Both the position numbers and the translations under genes were made by a program. A model generated the notes under the pieces. It was not told the DNA's origin. It was given only the letters and a program-made list of their open reading frames with translations, and searched no databases. A stretch of DNA of 51,601 nt from an uncultured bacterium (lineage in GTDB: Bacteria; Fidelibacterota; Marinisomatia; Marinisomatales; UBA1611), in assembly GCA_963933175.1 (NCBI GenBank), contig CAWVTW010000002.1:1-51601 (forward strand). Direction: 5' to 3'. Below are positions 47,534 to 51,601 of this stretch, in pieces (the stretch's first letter is position 1; each line of letters begins with the position of its first letter).

Positions 47534-49138
47534 ATGGATGCATTAAACAGAATCAAATTTTTAGAAGATAGGCTTCACCGCTTAAGCGAGATTGGCATGG
47601 CTCTTTCCACGGAAAAGAATACCGATCGTTTGTTTGAGATGATCCTGGAAGAAGCTAAGGCGATTACCCGTGCGGATGGCCAAACTCTCTATTCTATGAA
47701 TAAAGATGGGAACCTGAAATTTGAAATAATGCGTAATGATACCATGAATATAAACATGGGGGGAACATCTGGGATAGAGATCCCATATTATCCAGTTAAA
47801 CTTTGGATGGATAACCAAACACCCAATAAACAGAATGTTTCAGCTTATGTTGCACTCGCCCAAAAGACAGTCAATATCCATGACGCGTACGAAGAAGAAG
47901 GGTTTGATTTTGAAGGGACCAAGAATTTTGATGAAAAATCCGGTTATCGTTCCAAATCTTTTTTAACGGTTCCCCTGAAAAATCATGAGAATGAGATCAT
48001 TGGTGTTATGCAGCTGATCAATGCTCGGAATGACCACGATGAGGTCATCTCATTCAACAAGGAAATGCAGGAACAGTTAGAATCATTGGCATCTCAGGGT
48101 GCCGTGGCTTTGACCAATAAGCGTTTGGTGGAGGAACTCAAGACACTCTTCGAAGCATTTATCAAATTGATTGCCACCGCCATTGATAAAAAATCTGAAT
48201 ACACCGGTGGCCATTGTAACCGTGTTCCGGTGATTACCATGATGCTTGCAGATGCGGTTGCTAAAATAACTGAAGGAAAATTCAAAGATTTTTCCATGAC
48301 GGCAGACCAACGGTATGAATTATACATCGCTGCTTGGCTCCATGACTGCGGGAAAGTGGCTACACCGCCCCATGTAGTGGATAAAAGTACAAAACTTGAA
48401 ACAATTTTTGATCGTATTGAATTGGTTAAAACGCGCATGGAGCTCTTAAAACGAGATGCGGAAATCGCTTTTCTCAAACGGCAACTCAATGGACAAAAAT
48501 CCGACACATTCGATGAAGAGTACAAAGAGACCGTTCGCCAAATAGAAGAAAATATGGCATTTTTAGAAACGTGTAATGTTGGAGGTGAATTCATGAAACC
48601 AGACCTTCAAGATCGTGTAAACTCTATTGGTGAACAACAAGTTAATTTATATGGCAAAAAACAAAATTTTTTAACAGATGAAGAATTAAAAAACCTCAAT
48701 ATTCCAAAAGGAACTTTGCTCCCCGAAGAACGAGAAATCATTAATGACCATATTGTCATTACCATCGAAATGCTGGAGCAACTTCCTTATCCGAAGCATC
48801 TGAAAAATGTGCCGGAATTTGCTGGTGGACATCATGAAAAAATGGACGGAACCGGTTACCCAAAAGGGTTGAAAGCAAACCAAATGTCCACCCAAGCAAA
48901 AATGATGGCTATTGCAGATATTTATGAAGCACTCACTGCTGCGGATCGCCCCTATAAAGATGGAAAAAAATTATCTACTGCTATGCGTATTATGGGATTT
49001 ATGAAAAATGATTATCATATCGATGAAGATTTATTTGAGATTTTTGTAAAGTCAGGAGTTTATAAAAAATATGCGGAGGACTATGTTGCCAAAACGCAGA
49101 TTGATGATGTGGATGAGGAGGTTATCCTGGAACCATGA
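47534..49138 (+). CDS. GAF-domain HD-GYP phosphohydrolase (probable c-di-GMP phosphodiesterase)
   Basis: LHDCGKV and GGHHEKMDGTGYPKG motifs with an N-terminal GAF-like region. The ATG at 47534 is preferred over 47501, because a TATAAT-like box sits at about 47492. Confidence 0.87.
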   Translation: MDALNRIKFLEDRLHRLSEIGMALSTEKNTDRLFEMILEEAKAITRADGQTLYSMNKDGNLKFEIMRNDTMNINMGGTSGIEIPYYPVKLWMDNQTPNKQNVSAYVALAQKTVNIHDAYEEEGFDFEGTKNFDEKSGYRSKSFLTVPLKNHENEIIGVMQLINARNDHDEVISFNKEMQEQLESLASQGAVALTNKRLVEELKTLFEAFIKLIATAIDKKSEYTGGHCNRVPVITMMLADAVAKITEGKFKDFSMTADQRYELYIAAWLHDCGKVATPPHVVDKSTKLETIFDRIELVKTRMELLKRDAEIAFLKRQLNGQKSDTFDEEYKETVRQIEENMAFLETCNVGGEFMKPDLQDRVNSIGEQQVNLYGKKQNFLTDEELKNLNIPKGTLLPEEREIINDHIVITIEMLEQLPYPKHLKNVPEFAGGHHEKMDGTGYPKGLKANQMSTQAKMMAIADIYEALTAADRPYKDGKKLSTAMRIMGFMKNDYHIDEDLFEIFVKSGVYKKYAEDYVAKTQIDDVDEEVILEP

Positions 49139-49464
49139 ATCATTTAATTTCGTTGAATTATAACCAATTGAAAGAACAATTGATATCCCTGATGGATATT
49201 GTGGTACACCATTTAAAAAATGAACCGGATGTGGACAAATTCCTAGATGAAACGGATATTTTTGATGAGTGGGAGGAAGCACTTCCGGAAGCAGAATACC
49301 CTATTTTTGTCATTGCTGTATTGAATAATACACGACGGGATGTCATTATGGATACAATTATAAATGCCATGTTAAAAAAGGATGATCTCTCTAATCATCC
49401 CGAAAAAAGGTCATTTAAACCCGTGGCGGCAAGATCCCACGTTGGAGAACATCCTTTCAATTGA
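49135..49464 (+). CDS. Hypothetical small acidic protein
   Basis: 109-aa ORF with a 4-nt ATGA overlap on the HD-GYP gene. No family recognised. Confidence 0.5.
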   Translation: MNHLISLNYNQLKEQLISLMDIVVHHLKNEPDVDKFLDETDIFDEWEEALPEAEYPIFVIAVLNNTRRDVIMDTIINAMLKKDDLSNHPEKRSFKPVAARSHVGEHPFN

Positions 49465-49512
49465 TTAATTCCCAGATTGTTCTCTTCAATCTCTTGAATT
49501 AAATTTGCTTCT

Positions 49513-51306
49513 ATGACACCTGATATTGCTATTGTAATTGGCTTACTTGCCTTGGGGTTTATCCTATTTGTGACCGAGATCTTCTCAATCGATGTTACAG
49601 CCATGATTCTTCTCTCTATCCTTTTCTTATTTGGATATTTGACTCCGGAGCAGGCTATCTCCGGTTTTTCAAATCCTGCAGTGCTTACCATTGCTTTCCT
49701 GTTTATTTTGAGTCATGCTCTCCAGAAAACAGGTATTCTTGAGTATCTTGTTATTCGGATCAATAAGATTGCAGACCGCTCCAGGCTCCTGGGAAGAGCT
49801 GTTTATTTATTCACCATTAGTTTGGCTTCAGCGGTTGTGAACAATACAGCTGTAGTTGCAATTTTTATGCCGGTAACAATTCGGTTGGCTCATAAATATA
49901 AACTGAGCCCATCCAAAATGTTGATACCATTGAGTTATGCTGCTATATTGGGTGGTACGCTCACTTTAGTGGGGACATCCACAAATCTACTGGTGAATTC
50001 AATTTACGTTTCTGAACCAAATGTTGAACCCATGGGTATGTTTGAATTTGCTCGATATGGTGTAATTCTAATGTCCATCGGATTACTCTATATTCTTTTT
50101 ATTGCGCCCAAATTATTACCATCTCGAACTGTCACATCCAGTTTAACAAAGAGTTATCACCTGGGTGGATATTTGACTGAAATGAAAATCAAGGAAGAGT
50201 CACCATTGGTGGGGACAAGTTGTTTAGACCGTGGCATCAATAAACATTATGATGTGATGGTTTTAGACATTCTTCGAGATGAGAAAATGATCACATCCAA
50301 TATCCGCCAGACAATACTAAAAGCAGGTGATATTCTGTTTGTCCGGGGAACGCTGGACAATTTTCTCAGCATGAAAGAAGTGGAAAAAATTACTTTATTA
50401 ACTGACGAAAAATTGACGCAACAGGAATTAGAAAGACAAGACAATGTGTTGGTGGAATGTTTGTTGACAGAACAATCGGATTTAGTTGGCCATAGTTTGA
50501 TGACGTCAAATTTTCGCCGGCGATACGGTGCATTCATTCTGGCCATCCGTCGAGAAGGTACCATTTTTCGGAAAAAGATCGCACATGTCGTCCTCCATGC
50601 ATTTGATACTTTTTTAGTATATGGTCCATCCAATAAGGTAAATGAATTATCCAAAAGAGGAGACTTTATCGTATTGGGAGAAGTGGAAGCAAAATTGCGA
50701 AAACAACGATTCTGGTGGATGTCCATTGTGGTAGTTTTGGGAGGGATTGGATTGGCCGCTGCGGGCATCATGCCAATCATGGGCGGAGCCATGATCGGTG
50801 TTGTCTTATTACTGGCTATGAAGGTTATTACACCCCAGGAAGGATACCAATCCATTCATTGGCAAGTGATTGTTCTTATTGCTGCATTGATTCCGGTAGG
50901 TATTGTTATAGAATCATCTGGTGCAGCAGAATGGTTAGGCGGTTTTATTTCTTCAGCCGCACGTATGGCTCCTATTGAATGGCAAGCGCATGCACTTTTA
51001 GCATTGATATATTTGATCACCATGATCTTGACAGAAGTTTCGTCTAATGCTGCTACAGCGATTATTATGACTCCCATAGCCCTAGCTGTAACACAGCAAA
51101 TGGAATTTGAACCTAGAGCATTCATTTTTGCAGTGGCATTTGCAGCATCTGCTTCATTTATTACACCGGTTGGATACCAAACCAATTTGATGGTCTATGG
51201 TCCGGGTGGATACAAATTCAGTGATTATATCCGAGTTGGATTTCCATTGGCATTGGTATTTTGGATCTCCGCTGTTTACTTTTTACCGATTCTTTGGCCC
51301 ATTTAA
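49513..51306 (+). CDS. SLC13/DASS-family anion transporter with two central TrkA-C (RCK_C) domains
   Basis: Polytopic N and C halves. The central soluble region has two TrkA-C-like repeats (...VGTSCLD... and ...VGHSLMTSNFRRRYGAFILAIRREG...). Confidence 0.9.
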   Translation: MTPDIAIVIGLLALGFILFVTEIFSIDVTAMILLSILFLFGYLTPEQAISGFSNPAVLTIAFLFILSHALQKTGILEYLVIRINKIADRSRLLGRAVYLFTISLASAVVNNTAVVAIFMPVTIRLAHKYKLSPSKMLIPLSYAAILGGTLTLVGTSTNLLVNSIYVSEPNVEPMGMFEFARYGVILMSIGLLYILFIAPKLLPSRTVTSSLTKSYHLGGYLTEMKIKEESPLVGTSCLDRGINKHYDVMVLDILRDEKMITSNIRQTILKAGDILFVRGTLDNFLSMKEVEKITLLTDEKLTQQELERQDNVLVECLLTEQSDLVGHSLMTSNFRRRYGAFILAIRREGTIFRKKIAHVVLHAFDTFLVYGPSNKVNELSKRGDFIVLGEVEAKLRKQRFWWMSIVVVLGGIGLAAAGIMPIMGGAMIGVVLLLAMKVITPQEGYQSIHWQVIVLIAALIPVGIVIESSGAAEWLGGFISSAARMAPIEWQAHALLALIYLITMILTEVSSNAATAIIMTPIALAVTQQMEFEPRAFIFAVAFAASASFITPVGYQTNLMVYGPGGYKFSDYIRVGFPLALVFWISAVYFLPILWPI

Positions 51307-51308
51307 AA

Positions 51309-51601
51309 ATGAAATTATTTTTTATCATCGCTACAACAGTATTTGCGCTAAACTTTCTATGGAGTTGTGTAAAAAGTAATCCTGAAGCCATTCCAACCCT
51401 AAGTAGTCATCAAGGTGAAAAGTTGTTATCTAATCATAATTATATTTTCATTGATGTGCGAACAAAACAAGAGCATGATACGGGCCATATCCCCAATTCG
51501 ACCCATATTCCCGTGAAGTCACTGGAATCAAGAATTGATGAAATCAAAAAATTCAAAGAAAAGAAAATTGTTGTGTATTGCCGCAGTGGAAACCGATCTT
51601 C
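51309..51601 (+). CDS. Rhodanese-domain lipoprotein (3-prime partial, runs off the window)
   Basis: Hand-translated; not in the track. Lipobox FLWSC, FIDVRTKQEHDTGHIP, and the active-site loop VVYCRSGNRS. Confidence 0.8.
   Translation, partial: MKLFFIIATTVFALNFLWSCVKSNPEAIPTLSSHQGEKLLSNHNYIFIDVRTKQEHDTGHIPNSTHIPVKSLESRIDEIKKFKEKKIVVYCRSGNRS

Noticed and set aside
48094-48594. 166-aa minus-strand ORF inside the HD-GYP gene.
   Set aside because: It is antisense to a gene with clear HD and GYP motifs, and it has no features of its own.
50247-51185. Two minus-strand ORFs (202 and 109 aa) inside the DASS transporter gene.
   Set aside because: They are antisense shadow ORFs, while the plus frame encodes a complete and recognisable transporter.

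Overview
AT-rich (roughly 40 percent GC by eye), densely coding bacterial chromosomal window. I saw no mobile elements, integrases or CRISPR array. A T9SS-type C-terminal sorting domain on a 1113-aa surface protein and generally weak Shine-Dalgarno signals suggest the FCB superphylum or a neighbour such as a Marinimicrobia-like organism; this is inference only. Positions 1-20.2 kb are housekeeping: a complete F1Fo ATP synthase operon (atpBEFHAGDC), aspS, a small envelope operon, phoH, a thiolase / acyl-CoA dehydrogenase / ilvE block, nusB, secA and a Cys/Met-family PLP enzyme. Positions 20.4-23.9 kb hold a cohesin-rich T9SS protein and tRNA-Leu(UAG). Positions 24.5-42.6 kb form an 18-kb aerobic-respiration neighbourhood. 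It contains an A-type haem-copper oxidase operon in unusual gene order with an embedded ferredoxin and several tiny membrane proteins, an amicyanin-like cupredoxin, and two SCO-type copper chaperones. It also contains a nine-gene Rieske / cytochrome b6-type operon and ctaA-sco-ctaB-DUF420. In the Rieske operon the c-type subunit is a 993-aa octahaem protein, and the operon also carries a HEAT-repeat protein, three mini-ORFs absent from the ORF track and a repeat-bearing 471-aa protein. Positions 42.7-51.6 kb hold a 1525-aa acyl-AMP-ligase...GNAT fusion, a GAF/HD-GYP protein, a DASS transporter and a partial rhodanese. The most novel-looking item is the non-canonical b6-type operon. It may be paired with the oxidase through matching acidic ...DW C-termini on the octahaem cytochrome and on CoxB, with a Lys-rich cupredoxin encoded between the two operons.
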